Positions 8,922-20,310 of a stretch of DNA of 64,000 nt are shown here, piece after piece (within the stretch, counting starts at the first letter, position 1; every line of letters starts with the position of its first letter). The position numbers were made by a program, and so were the translations under genes. Below the pieces are notes generated by a model. That model saw only the letters and a program-made list of their open reading frames with translations. It did not search any database and was not told the DNA's origin. Origin of the DNA: Planctomycetota bacterium (GTDB taxonomy: Bacteria > Planctomycetota > GCA-002687715 > CAIWVZ01); assembly GCA_044222185.1 (NCBI GenBank), contig JBGANV010000003.1, positions 128,001-192,000 on the forward strand, written 5' to 3'.

Positions 8922-10940
8922 TCATCTGCCCTCTCCAGTCTGGCGAGGTGCCAATGGCGAGTCCTTCGGGAGCGCGTCGACCGGCTGATCCGGTTCCACG
9001 CCGAGGTACTCGAGCGTGCGTTCCACGATCTCCTTGAGCACGGGCCCGGAAACGACGCCGCCCGTGTAAGTGCCCTTGCCGCGGTTGGCGACGCGGTGAT
9101 GAACGACGATCACGAGGATGTCGGGGTCGCGCGTGGTCGTCGGGTTGTCCGGGTTCTTCGCCGGCGCCATTCCCACGATCCAGGCGTTGTACTGCGCACC
9201 GCGAGCGGTGTACTTGTCCTGGTACTGCGCCGTGCCCGTCTTCCCCATCGCCGAGTAGCGCGTCGATCGCGCCGTCGAGTACGCCGTGCCGCGCGGGTTC
9301 TCGTAGGCCTGCAGCATGGCGTTGCGGATGTAGTCCACGGTCGCGCGCGACAGGATGCGCTCCCGCGCGGGCGGCGGCGGGCGAACGATCGTCCCGCCAT
9401 ACCGGACGTCGCGGATGACGGTCGGCGTGACGCGCTCCCCGCCGTTCGCGAAGGTCGTGTAGATCGTCGCGAGACCGAGCGGCGACACGCGAACCTCGTA
9501 GCCACGAGGGAACGACACGCCAGCACCCGACTCGGTCGCGCCGCGGATGCCGTGCTCGGGATCGCTCTTCTCCGGCGTGTGATACCCGGCGGTCTCCAGG
9601 GGAAGCCCGCTGTTGGGTCGACTGCGGACGTGGAACGCGGCGAACGCATCGAACAGTCCGCGGAGCTTGAGTCTCTCGAGTCCGATCCGAGTCGCACCGA
9701 CGTTGCTCGACCGCCACAGGATCTGCGCCGGAGTGAGCGCCTGCGGGTTGACCGAGTACTCCTCGACGAGGCGGTTGTAGAACACCTCACGCCCATCGGC
9801 CCCGCCGCACTCGAAGTACTGATCGCCCCGGATGTAGCCCTTCTCGAGGCCCCACCCGATGATGACGGGCTTGATGGTGGACCCCGGCTCGTAGGAGTCG
9901 GAGGCGACCGCGAGCGGCATGTACCTGGCGTTGAACCCGGGGCCTTCGGGCGCGGACGCCGGATACGAGACGGAGGCGAGGATCTCGCCCGTCTTCGGAT
10001 CCAGAACGAGGGCCGAGGAGCGCACGCACGGGTTCTTCTTCGCGTTGTGCTCGAGTGCTTCGAGGCAGAACCGTTGGATCTCCGCGTCGATGGTGAGGTG
10101 CACGGCTGCGCCCGGCGTGGGCGGGACCTGGAACTCCGTATCGAAACGGAACTCGTGGCCGCGCGCATCCCGCTCGCCGTCGGTGACGCCGCGACGCCCT
10201 TCGAGGATCTGGTCGAATTGCCACTCGAGGCCCATGCGGCCTGCGACGCGGCCATCGTCCTTCGGGTCCTGCGATTCGCCGACGATTCCGACGACCTGCG
10301 CCGTCGTCTCGCCGTATGGGTAGACGCGCGCCACGACGTGCCGCCAGTTGAAGCCGCTCCACCGGCGCTGTTCGATGGCCGCAGACAGAAGGCGTTGAGT
10401 AGCCGGATCGACGTCGCGACACAGGAGGACCTCCTGGATCACGCGTCCCGACTCGGTATGCGTCCGCTCGATCTTCTCGGCGACGGTCTCGGCGGCGACG
10501 CCCTGCCCCACGGACCGAAGCAGCGCCGGAAGTTCGCGCACGATGGAGTCCTTCGCCGCATCCAGCTCCGCGATCCGCTTGGGTCCGGCATTCGGCAGCG
10601 GGATGTACGTCGACGGGTCGAAGCACAGACGATGCTCGTAATAGGAGCGCGCCAGCACGCGGCCCGCACGATCGACGATGGGGCCGCGGACAGGACGCTC
10701 CTCGAGCGAGATGGCATTGGAGACCGGCACGAGCGTCACGGGCGTCGGCTTGGACGCCTGCCGCAGGGCGCGGGTCCGGAACTCGTCACCACGGAGGATC
10801 TGGAGAAAGAACAGCTTGCAGATGAGGCCCGAGAAGACGAGCAACACGATGACCCCAATCCACGCAGCCGTGCGCTTGCGCAGGTTCTCCGGGTCGAGAA
10901 GGGCCTGGACGACGACCGGTGTGGACAGGGTCTCGCTCAT
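8922..10940 (-). CDS. ftsI: Class B penicillin-binding protein (FtsI/PBP3-like)
   Basis: N-terminal TM helix, RGPIVDRAG, G-MGLE, LTID, SxxK (EPGSTIK), SxN (SSN) and KTG (GKTGTAQ). The start ATG overlaps the ftsL stop. Confidence 0.93.
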   Translation of the reverse strand: MSETLSTPVVVQALLDPENLRKRTAAWIGVIVLLVFSGLICKLFFLQILRGDEFRTRALRQASKPTPVTLVPVSNAISLEERPVRGPIVDRAGRVLARSYYEHRLCFDPSTYIPLPNAGPKRIAELDAAKDSIVRELPALLRSVGQGVAAETVAEKIERTHTESGRVIQEVLLCRDVDPATQRLLSAAIEQRRWSGFNWRHVVARVYPYGETTAQVVGIVGESQDPKDDGRVAGRMGLEWQFDQILEGRRGVTDGERDARGHEFRFDTEFQVPPTPGAAVHLTIDAEIQRFCLEALEHNAKKNPCVRSSALVLDPKTGEILASVSYPASAPEGPGFNARYMPLAVASDSYEPGSTIKPVIIGWGLEKGYIRGDQYFECGGADGREVFYNRLVEEYSVNPQALTPAQILWRSSNVGATRIGLERLKLRGLFDAFAAFHVRSRPNSGLPLETAGYHTPEKSDPEHGIRGATESGAGVSFPRGYEVRVSPLGLATIYTTFANGGERVTPTVIRDVRYGGTIVRPPPPARERILSRATVDYIRNAMLQAYENPRGTAYSTARSTRYSAMGKTGTAQYQDKYTARGAQYNAWIVGMAPAKNPDNPTTTRDPDILVIVVHHRVANRGKGTYTGGVVSGPVLKEIVERTLEYLGVEPDQPVDALPKDSPLAPRQTGEGR

Positions 10941-11227
10941 TGCCCCGGCGCCTCGCGAACGGGACGTTGCGGCACGACGACGAGCGGCGTGTCCTTCACG
11001 GGGAGATCGACACCATGCTTCGAGGCCGCGGCCTCGAGCGCGCGCGGCGTGCTGCGACGGTCGATTTCGGCCCGCAGCCATTCGTTCTCGTTCCGGATCG
11101 TCGCGAGGCGCTCGCTGAGGGCGTGGATGCGGTACGCCGACCGGAGGCACTCGGCGCGGCGGTGCGCTCCCACGAGCACGAGCGTCCCGACGAGGGCCAC
11201 GCCGAGGATCAGCAGGATCGTCTTCAT
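10937..11227 (-). CDS. ftsL: FtsL-like (or FtsB-like) small bitopic coiled-coil protein
   Basis: MKTILLILGVALVGTLVLVG TM helix followed by a heptad coiled coil. It lies between rsmH and ftsI with ATGA overlaps on both sides. Confidence 0.7.
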   Translation of the reverse strand: MKTILLILGVALVGTLVLVGAHRRAECLRSAYRIHALSERLATIRNENEWLRAEIDRRSTPRALEAAASKHGVDLPVKDTPLVVVPQRPVREAPGQ

Positions 11228-12186
11228 GCCGTGTCCTCCGATTCGTCGGACCATCGCGCAGCATCGACGCGGCGGAAGTCGCCCTTCAGGGCCGCGCGGA
11301 ACTTCGCGCTTCGGGACCGAGGATTCCTTGCGCACTCGGCCTCGGAGGCCACGAGGGGCTTTTTCGTGAGCGTCCGCGCGCGGCGTTCTCGATTCAGCGT
11401 GCGGAAGAAGTTCTTGACGATGCGATCTTCGCCGGAGTGGAAACTGATGATGCCGATGCGACCGCCGTCGGCGAGAGCATCGAAGGCCTGTGCCAGCGTG
11501 CGCTCGAGCACTCGGAGTTCGTCGTTGACGGCGATCCGGAGCGCCTGGAAGACGCGCGTCGCGGGGTGGACCCGGCTTCGTCCGCGCAGCCTCGGCGGAA
11601 CGAGCCCCTTCACGAACTCGGCGAGTTCGGTCGTCGTCGTGAACTTGCGGTGTCTCCGCGCGTCCGTGAGCTCGCGTGCGATCCGGCGCGCGAAGGGCTC
11701 GTCGCCGTAATCGCGGAGGATGTGCTCGAGGGCGTCGGCGTCGATGCGATGGAGGAGCTCCGCCGCCGTCTCGCCGCGGGCCGACATGCGCATGTCGAGC
11801 GGCCCCTCGCGCATCATGGAGAACCCACGGCCGGGCTCGTCGAGTTGGAGCGACGAGACGCCCAGGTCCATGAAGATGATGTTCGGCGACGGCGCCGCCT
11901 GCTGGATGAGGACCTCGCGGAGAGCGTCGGAGCACGCCTCGCACAGCGAAATGCGCGACGCCTGGGATGCCAACGCTCCCCGCGCGACCTCGAGGATGGC
12001 GGGATCGCGATCGATGCCCAGAAGGCGGCCGTCCGGCGACGTGCGACGGAGGAACTCGGCGGAGTGTCCGCCGGCGCCCACCATCGTTTCGACGGTGAAG
12101 TCCCCAGGAGTTGGATTCAGCAGCTCCATGACTTCTGCCACCATCACCGGCTCGTGCACCCTCGCGGGTGTCGGATCCGGGACCAT
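11224..12186 (-). CDS. rsmH: 16S rRNA m4C1402 methyltransferase
   Basis: Motifs HEPVM, GAGGHS, DLGVSSLQLD, RGFS, GPLDMRM, HPATRVFQALRIAVNDEL, ISFHSGEDRIVK and NPRSRSAK. Confidence 0.96.
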   Translation of the reverse strand: MVPDPTPARVHEPVMVAEVMELLNPTPGDFTVETMVGAGGHSAEFLRRTSPDGRLLGIDRDPAILEVARGALASQASRISLCEACSDALREVLIQQAAPSPNIIFMDLGVSSLQLDEPGRGFSMMREGPLDMRMSARGETAAELLHRIDADALEHILRDYGDEPFARRIARELTDARRHRKFTTTTELAEFVKGLVPPRLRGRSRVHPATRVFQALRIAVNDELRVLERTLAQAFDALADGGRIGIISFHSGEDRIVKNFFRTLNRERRARTLTKKPLVASEAECARNPRSRSAKFRAALKGDFRRVDAARWSDESEDTA

Positions 12187-12203
12187 CTCATCCCCTCCCC
12201 ATG

Positions 12204-12758
12204 TCACCTGCCGGCGGGGATGTCAGCCGGCAGACGGTTGCCCTCTCCGGCCGCGGCTGGAGTTCCGCGACCGAGTGCATGCGCTTCCTTGCGAGCGGTG
12301 GACTCGTGCTGGAAGAACGACTCCAGCGCGCGACCGATCCGCTCGGCGTATTCGTTGCGAGACGCGTCGAAGGTCTCCGTCGCCCAGACCTCCAGGCGGT
12401 CGCGCTTGCCCACGAGCGTCACGCGCTCGCGGATGCCGGCCTGTTCCATGAGGTTCACGGGCAGGCTCAGGCGACCCTGGTTGTCGGTGAGGACGCGGAC
12501 GAAGCTCGCGCGCGTGTGCGAGGTGACCATCCGCTCGTCGGCGGAGTCACCGAAATGGCTGTCGAGCCGGGCGAGGAACGCCTGGAATTGCGGCTCGCTC
12601 ATCAACCACATGCACGGCGGCTGAAGGCCTGGTACAACCCCCACCGCCAGTTCGATCGACCCGTCAGGCCGCACGTCGAGCCCGCCGCGCGCCACCGGCG
12701 GGAGTCCCAGCCGGTTGCGTTGATCGAGCTTCAATGGAGGCCAACCCGTGTCGAGCAT
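12204..12758 (-). CDS. mraZ: Transcriptional regulator MraZ
   Basis: Two DxxxRL-type repeats (DQRNRLGLP and DNQGRLSLP) plus GKRDRLEVW; first gene of the dcw cluster. Confidence 0.88.
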   Translation of the reverse strand: MLDTGWPPLKLDQRNRLGLPPVARGGLDVRPDGSIELAVGVVPGLQPPCMWLMSEPQFQAFLARLDSHFGDSADERMVTSHTRASFVRVLTDNQGRLSLPVNLMEQAGIRERVTLVGKRDRLEVWATETFDASRNEYAERIGRALESFFQHESTARKEAHALGRGTPAAAGEGNRLPADIPAGR

Positions 12759-12821
12759 GCTTCAAACCACCACGCATAGGAGCCCGGGGAGGGGTCCCGG
12801 TCACAGGATTCAGGGATAGCC

Positions 12822-12859
12822 TCCCTTTCGAACCCCAATCGACCAGCACTTGAGCCCCA
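12822..12859 (-). promoter_or_regulatory. Candidate MraZ operator (periodic TGGG-like boxes)
   Basis: The minus strand reads TGGGG-N6-TGCTG-N6-TGGGG-N6-AGGGA, 63 bp upstream of the mraZ start. Confidence 0.4.
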
Positions 12860-13171
12860 TTTCTGCCTGGCAGCAGGGATGGCTCTCCTACGGGCGGCAG
12901 TTAAACCGACCGCAAGCCGTCCCGTCAAGGGCGCACAGAAAAATCGTTTGCTCGTTCGAGCGCGCCGACCCGCGTCATTTCTCCGGGAGAAAGCGCGACA
13001 TCTCGTGCCCCGCGCGCCGCCCCACACCACATCTGGCGGATCCGCGGCGCGCCCGTCGAGGCGCGATCGCTCGACGGGTGTTCAGCCGCAGGACATTTTT
13101 CTTCGCGCCGTGGCGGCCGAGACGGACGGATCCACCTTCCACGAAGGAGCCATCTCCCTAAGAATGGCGCC

Positions 13172-13861
13172 ATGCCACGCGTCCTCGATGAAGAGCGGAA
13201 TCCGGCCATCGGCCAGCTTTTGGTGCTCCTTCGCTCCGTCACCCACCAGTCGGACCCCCACAGCTTCCGCGCGACCATGAAGCGCGTGGGAGCGTTCGTC
13301 GCCTATGAGATCGCGAAGACGCTCGAGACCCGGCAGGAGACCTGCACCACTCCCCTCGGTCAGCGGGCCGAGCCCGTCCTCGCAGACGTCCCCGTGCTCG
13401 TCACCATTCTGCGAGCGAGCCTGCCGATGTGGGACGGCATGCTCGAAGTCTTTCGCCGCAGCCCGACGATCGTCATAGGAGCCGCGCGTCGCGAGGGCCG
13501 CGTGCGATCGACGGATCGCGGCCTCGCCATCGACCTCAGCTACGCAGCGCTTTCGTCCGTCGAGGGACGCACGCTCATCTACGCCGATCCCATGATCGCC
13601 ACGGGAAGCACGCTGCTCGCCGTTCATCCCGAGATCATGCGCCGCGCGGGCAAGCCGAAGCGCGTGATCATCGCGGGAATCATCGGCTACCGAGGATCCG
13701 CCGAGCGCATCGAGCGCGAGATCCCGGGCGCTGAAGTCATCCTCGCGTCCGCCGACGACGAGCTGAACGAGCACGGCTACATCGTGCCCGGCCTCGGCGA
13801 CGCCGGCGACCTGGCCTTCGGCCCGAAGTTGCCGACGAGCGACCTCCGCCCAAACGCGTGA
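13172..13861 (+). CDS. upp: Uracil phosphoribosyltransferase
   Basis: Motifs ILRASLPM, DPMIATGST and LNEHGYIVPGLGDAGD. Confidence 0.95.
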   Translation: MPRVLDEERNPAIGQLLVLLRSVTHQSDPHSFRATMKRVGAFVAYEIAKTLETRQETCTTPLGQRAEPVLADVPVLVTILRASLPMWDGMLEVFRRSPTIVIGAARREGRVRSTDRGLAIDLSYAALSSVEGRTLIYADPMIATGSTLLAVHPEIMRRAGKPKRVIIAGIIGYRGSAERIEREIPGAEVILASADDELNEHGYIVPGLGDAGDLAFGPKLPTSDLRPNA

Positions 13862-14034
13862 TCCACGAGCGTGCTCGGCGACCGGTCGACGCCGCGCGGC
13901 GGGAAGCGCTTCCCGAGAAATTCCTCCAACGTGTGCAGCGGACAGGCAGTGAGCGGCACTCCACCTCCGCAGGAACGCCGACGGGGCGCAAGACCTGCTC
14001 CTCCCGCTCGGACGGAGATATGGAGATTCCATCC

Positions 14035-16728
<2,694 letters not shown>

Positions 16729-16890
16729 CGATCGGATTTGCTCGCGACCCCGATCACGCCGCCGGCGCGGGGTAGCGCGCCGCGTCGCGGGCGCGCTCGT
16801 CCCGCAGGTGTGATCCCGAAACGTTCGGCGGCTCCTCGGACCCATTCCCGGCCACTGAGAACCGCCTTTTCATGCCGGCGGTCGCGAGGC

Positions 16891-19419
16891 TCAAAGGCTG
16901 CGCGCGGTTCGGAACCCGATGTCGTCTTCGCGCGTCGCCGGGTCGAGTGGATGTCGCGTCGCCGTTCTCGAGTGCGCGCCGTCCTGCTTGAAACTCCCGC
17001 CGCGAGCGACGCGCCGGAACATGTTGCCGGGCGCCGGCTCCCTCGACGGGTCGTGTCCCGGCTCGTCCTCGTAGGTGTCGTATCCGTCGAGACACCACTC
17101 GCGGACGTTCCCGCACACGTCGTAGAGGCCCAGTGCGTTCGGCCGGAAGGCCCCGACCGGTGAATGCACCGTGAATCCATCGTCCAGCGCCGTGTCGAAT
17201 CGCCATTGCGTGCGCGAGCCTCCGGACGCGAAGGCATGTCGGTCGCCCAGGTTCTCGGCGCCGGCCAGGGATCCAGACGTCGAGCCCGTCCACCACGCGG
17301 TCTCCGTGCCCCCGCGAGCTGCGAACTCCCACTCGCTCTCGGTAGGTAGCCGCAGCCCCATCTGCCGTGCCGTCTCGACGCACTCGCCCCAATCCACGTA
17401 CTCGACAGGATGCAACGGCGTGCATGGCTCGGGCGCACGAGCCGCTGGCTGATAGAAACTCGGATTCGAGTGGTTCCACCGGACCCACTGCGCCTGCGTC
17501 ACCTCGAATTTGGACAGAAGGAATGGGCTGATGGTCACGCGTGCGACGGGCTGCTCGTTGACCTCGGCATCGACATGGAAGTTCCGCGCCGCACGGTCGT
17601 GAGATTGAGCGCCCATGGTGAACGTCCCACCTGGGATGAGCACGAGGATGATCCCCGTGTCCGTCGTCACGGGAATCCGTCCGGCCGAATCGCGGCACGG
17701 GATTGGGCCACGGTGAGATGCCCAATGCAGGAACTCCTCGAGCGTCGTGTCCGGGTCGATGCCGAGCGGGATCAGGCCGACCATCGGGCGGATGGTGAGC
17801 GCGGCGTATCGAGGATTGGCAGCGGCCCGCGCGACGGCGCCATCCCAGGCGCCCCGGCATCGCTCGATCGTCTCGATGCCGATCCTGCGCGAGATCTCCA
17901 GCCTGGACTCGATGCTCGGAAGCAGCCCGGCGGGAGGTTCCGTCGCTTGCTCGAGCCTGGCGACGAGACGTGCGGTCGTTTCACGTTGAAATTCCAGGTC
18001 GGCGCGGTCTGAGACGGTCGGTGTCGTATCGCGGCCAGGCACGAATGCAGCCAGACGGGCGTCGAGTTCGCACAGGAACGCGCGATGATCGGACAGTCGC
18101 CCGAAGATCGGCCCGAACCCGGCCTTCCACTGCACCAACGCCGGAATGAGCTCCGGTGCCGGCGGCCACAGCGCGTCGCTGGCTTTGCCGGCGTCGTCGA
18201 GCCGGCGAATGTCTGCGAGGCGTTGGTACTCGGCGAGGGTCGTCGAGAGCCGGCGGTTGCTCACTTGCTGGGAGGCCATGATCGCGGATGCAACTGCGAC
18301 GCACGCGAGCACGGCGCCGACGACGAGAGGGTGACGGCGTCCCCACCGCAAGGCCCGCGATCCGACCGGGAGCGGGCGCGCGCGAACCGGCTCCCCGCGC
18401 TCGACACGCCCGAGATCATCAGCGAGCCCGCCCGCGGACGCGTATCGGCGATCGGGTGACGGGTCCATGGCCGTCGCGATCACGACGGCGAGATCGCGCG
18501 ACACGGCGGGTGCGCGCCACCGCAACGGCGTTGGGGCCCCGCGCTCGATGTCTCGAAACAATGCGGCGCGCGTCTCGCCGTCGTACGGCCTCACTCCAGC
18601 CAGCAACTCGTAACCGATCACGCCGAGTGCATGAACGTCCGTCCGCTCGTCGGCGCGCTTCCCATCGCCGCGGACCTGCTCGGGCGCCATGTACGGCGGA
18701 CTCCCGAGGAGGTCTCCGGAATGCGTCACGCCCTCACCCTCATCTCCTGCCGTACGTGCCAGGCCGAAGTCCACGATCACTGGAATTCCACCGCGGTCGA
18801 GCATGACGTTCGAGGGCTTCAGATCGCGGTGAATGACTCGAGCTTCGTGGGCGACGCTCAAGCTCGCCGCGAGCCGCCGCATGAGCGAAACGACGCTCCG
18901 CACGTGCGCTCGCGGATCCGTCCGCCGGGCGGCGTCGCTGAATCTGCCGCGGACGATCTCCTCGGCAAGCGTCGTGCCCTCGATCCACTTCATCGCCAGG
19001 TAGATCCCCGCACGCCATCGGCCACAGCCGTAGATCGAGCCGATCCCCGGGTCGTCGATCCGGGCAAGCGCGCGCGCTTCACGCCGCAGCCGCTCGAGTG
19101 ATCTTGCGTCACCGCCTTCCATGAGCTTCAGGGCCAGGTCGCGCCCGAGGTTCGAGTCCCAGGCCTTCCATACTTGAGCCTGCCCCCCTCGTCCGAGGAA
19201 CTCGACGATCGTGTATCCGTCGATGCCATCGCCGATCGACGGCCCATCGGGGAACGCCGCGGTGTTCACCTCGAGTTCGCCCATCCATCGGAGCACATCC
19301 GCCTCGCGCCCTGGGAACTGTGCGGTGTAATGGCCCGGCGGAAGATCTCGTCCCTGATTCAGGTCGTCGAGAATGCGGCTGTACAATTCCGGCCGGATGT
19401 CCAGTGATATGTCGCACAT
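16891..19419 (-). CDS. Hanks-type Ser/Thr kinase with a TM helix and a C-terminal FGE-sulfatase (SUMF1-like) domain
   Basis: Kinase motifs GRGGQAQV, ALK, HRDLKPSN, DFG and GSPPYMAPEQ; TM helix; FGE motifs FTMG, RLPTESEWEFAARGG, NALGLYDVCGNVREWC, RGGSF and IGFR. The start is uncertain (about 19419-19428). Confidence 0.88.
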   Translation of the reverse strand: MCDISLDIRPELYSRILDDLNQGRDLPPGHYTAQFPGREADVLRWMGELEVNTAAFPDGPSIGDGIDGYTIVEFLGRGGQAQVWKAWDSNLGRDLALKLMEGGDARSLERLRREARALARIDDPGIGSIYGCGRWRAGIYLAMKWIEGTTLAEEIVRGRFSDAARRTDPRAHVRSVVSLMRRLAASLSVAHEARVIHRDLKPSNVMLDRGGIPVIVDFGLARTAGDEGEGVTHSGDLLGSPPYMAPEQVRGDGKRADERTDVHALGVIGYELLAGVRPYDGETRAALFRDIERGAPTPLRWRAPAVSRDLAVVIATAMDPSPDRRYASAGGLADDLGRVERGEPVRARPLPVGSRALRWGRRHPLVVGAVLACVAVASAIMASQQVSNRRLSTTLAEYQRLADIRRLDDAGKASDALWPPAPELIPALVQWKAGFGPIFGRLSDHRAFLCELDARLAAFVPGRDTTPTVSDRADLEFQRETTARLVARLEQATEPPAGLLPSIESRLEISRRIGIETIERCRGAWDGAVARAAANPRYAALTIRPMVGLIPLGIDPDTTLEEFLHWASHRGPIPCRDSAGRIPVTTDTGIILVLIPGGTFTMGAQSHDRAARNFHVDAEVNEQPVARVTISPFLLSKFEVTQAQWVRWNHSNPSFYQPAARAPEPCTPLHPVEYVDWGECVETARQMGLRLPTESEWEFAARGGTETAWWTGSTSGSLAGAENLGDRHAFASGGSRTQWRFDTALDDGFTVHSPVGAFRPNALGLYDVCGNVREWCLDGYDTYEDEPGHDPSREPAPGNMFRRVARGGSFKQDGAHSRTATRHPLDPATREDDIGFRTARSL

Positions 19420-19455
19420 GTAGGCCACCGTCCTTCGCCTGATAGCGTCTCCGCC

Positions 19456-20130
19456 ATGATCGATCCTCGCAACCCGGACGGTCCTCCCGAAGCGAGCGCC
19501 GACCGGTCGTCGACCTCCGATCACGTCCGCCGCGCAACGAGCGGCGACCGGGACAGCATCGCGTGGCTCGTCGAGCGCTTCACGGCGATCCTGGCCGTCG
19601 GCGCCAGGATGAGGCGAAGTCGCGCTCTGGATCGTCACGCAAGCGACGAGGACATCGTGCAGCAAGTGTGGTGCCGCGTACTCACCCGCATGAGCGAGTT
19701 CCGCGTTGCAGGGACCGCACCGGGAAAGGCGTTCCTCGGATACCTGTCGGTCACGCTGAAGCATGAACTGATCGAGCAGATGCGCAAGGCGATCGTCGGG
19801 CGGCGGCAGGAGTTGAGGGACGCGGCATCCGACAGCAGCGCTGTGGACGCGGGACTCGCTGCGTGGCCCGACTCCACCACGGATGTCGTGTCGCGAGTCA
19901 TGAAGAGGGAGGAGAACCAGCGAGTCCTGCAGGCCATATCGAGCATGGATCCCGTGGATCAGCAGATCATCTGCCTCCGCTCGTTGGAACAGATGTCCTT
20001 CAAGGACGTGGGTGCCAGGCTGGGCCTGAAGCCCAATACCGCGAACGTTCGTTATCGGAATGCACTGCGGCGGTTGAGGCGGCGCTTTCTCGGCGAGGCC
20101 GACGCCTGCGGGGCCACCACGTTCGACTGA
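19456..20130 (+). CDS. ECF RNA polymerase sigma factor (kinase-associated type)
   Basis: Region 2 (ASDEDIVQQVW...FLGYL) and region 4 HTH (QIICLRSLEQMSFKDVGARLGLKPNTANVRYRNAL). Confidence 0.88.
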   Translation: MIDPRNPDGPPEASADRSSTSDHVRRATSGDRDSIAWLVERFTAILAVGARMRRSRALDRHASDEDIVQQVWCRVLTRMSEFRVAGTAPGKAFLGYLSVTLKHELIEQMRKAIVGRRQELRDAASDSSAVDAGLAAWPDSTTDVVSRVMKREENQRVLQAISSMDPVDQQIICLRSLEQMSFKDVGARLGLKPNTANVRYRNALRRLRRRFLGEADACGATTFD

Positions 20131-20310
20131 CGCGGGCGACCAGCACGCAGCCCGCGCCCTGCCCCCTTCAGATTTTTCTCCCCCACCCGTTTCCGACGCC
20201 AGACGTCGCCGGCGGACCCGAAGTGGTTTTCGGGGAATGCCTGCACGCATGTCTGGCCCGCCATCGTCGCCGTGGTCGCGAGGTGCTCGGGTCCAATCGG
20301 GAGAAGCCCC

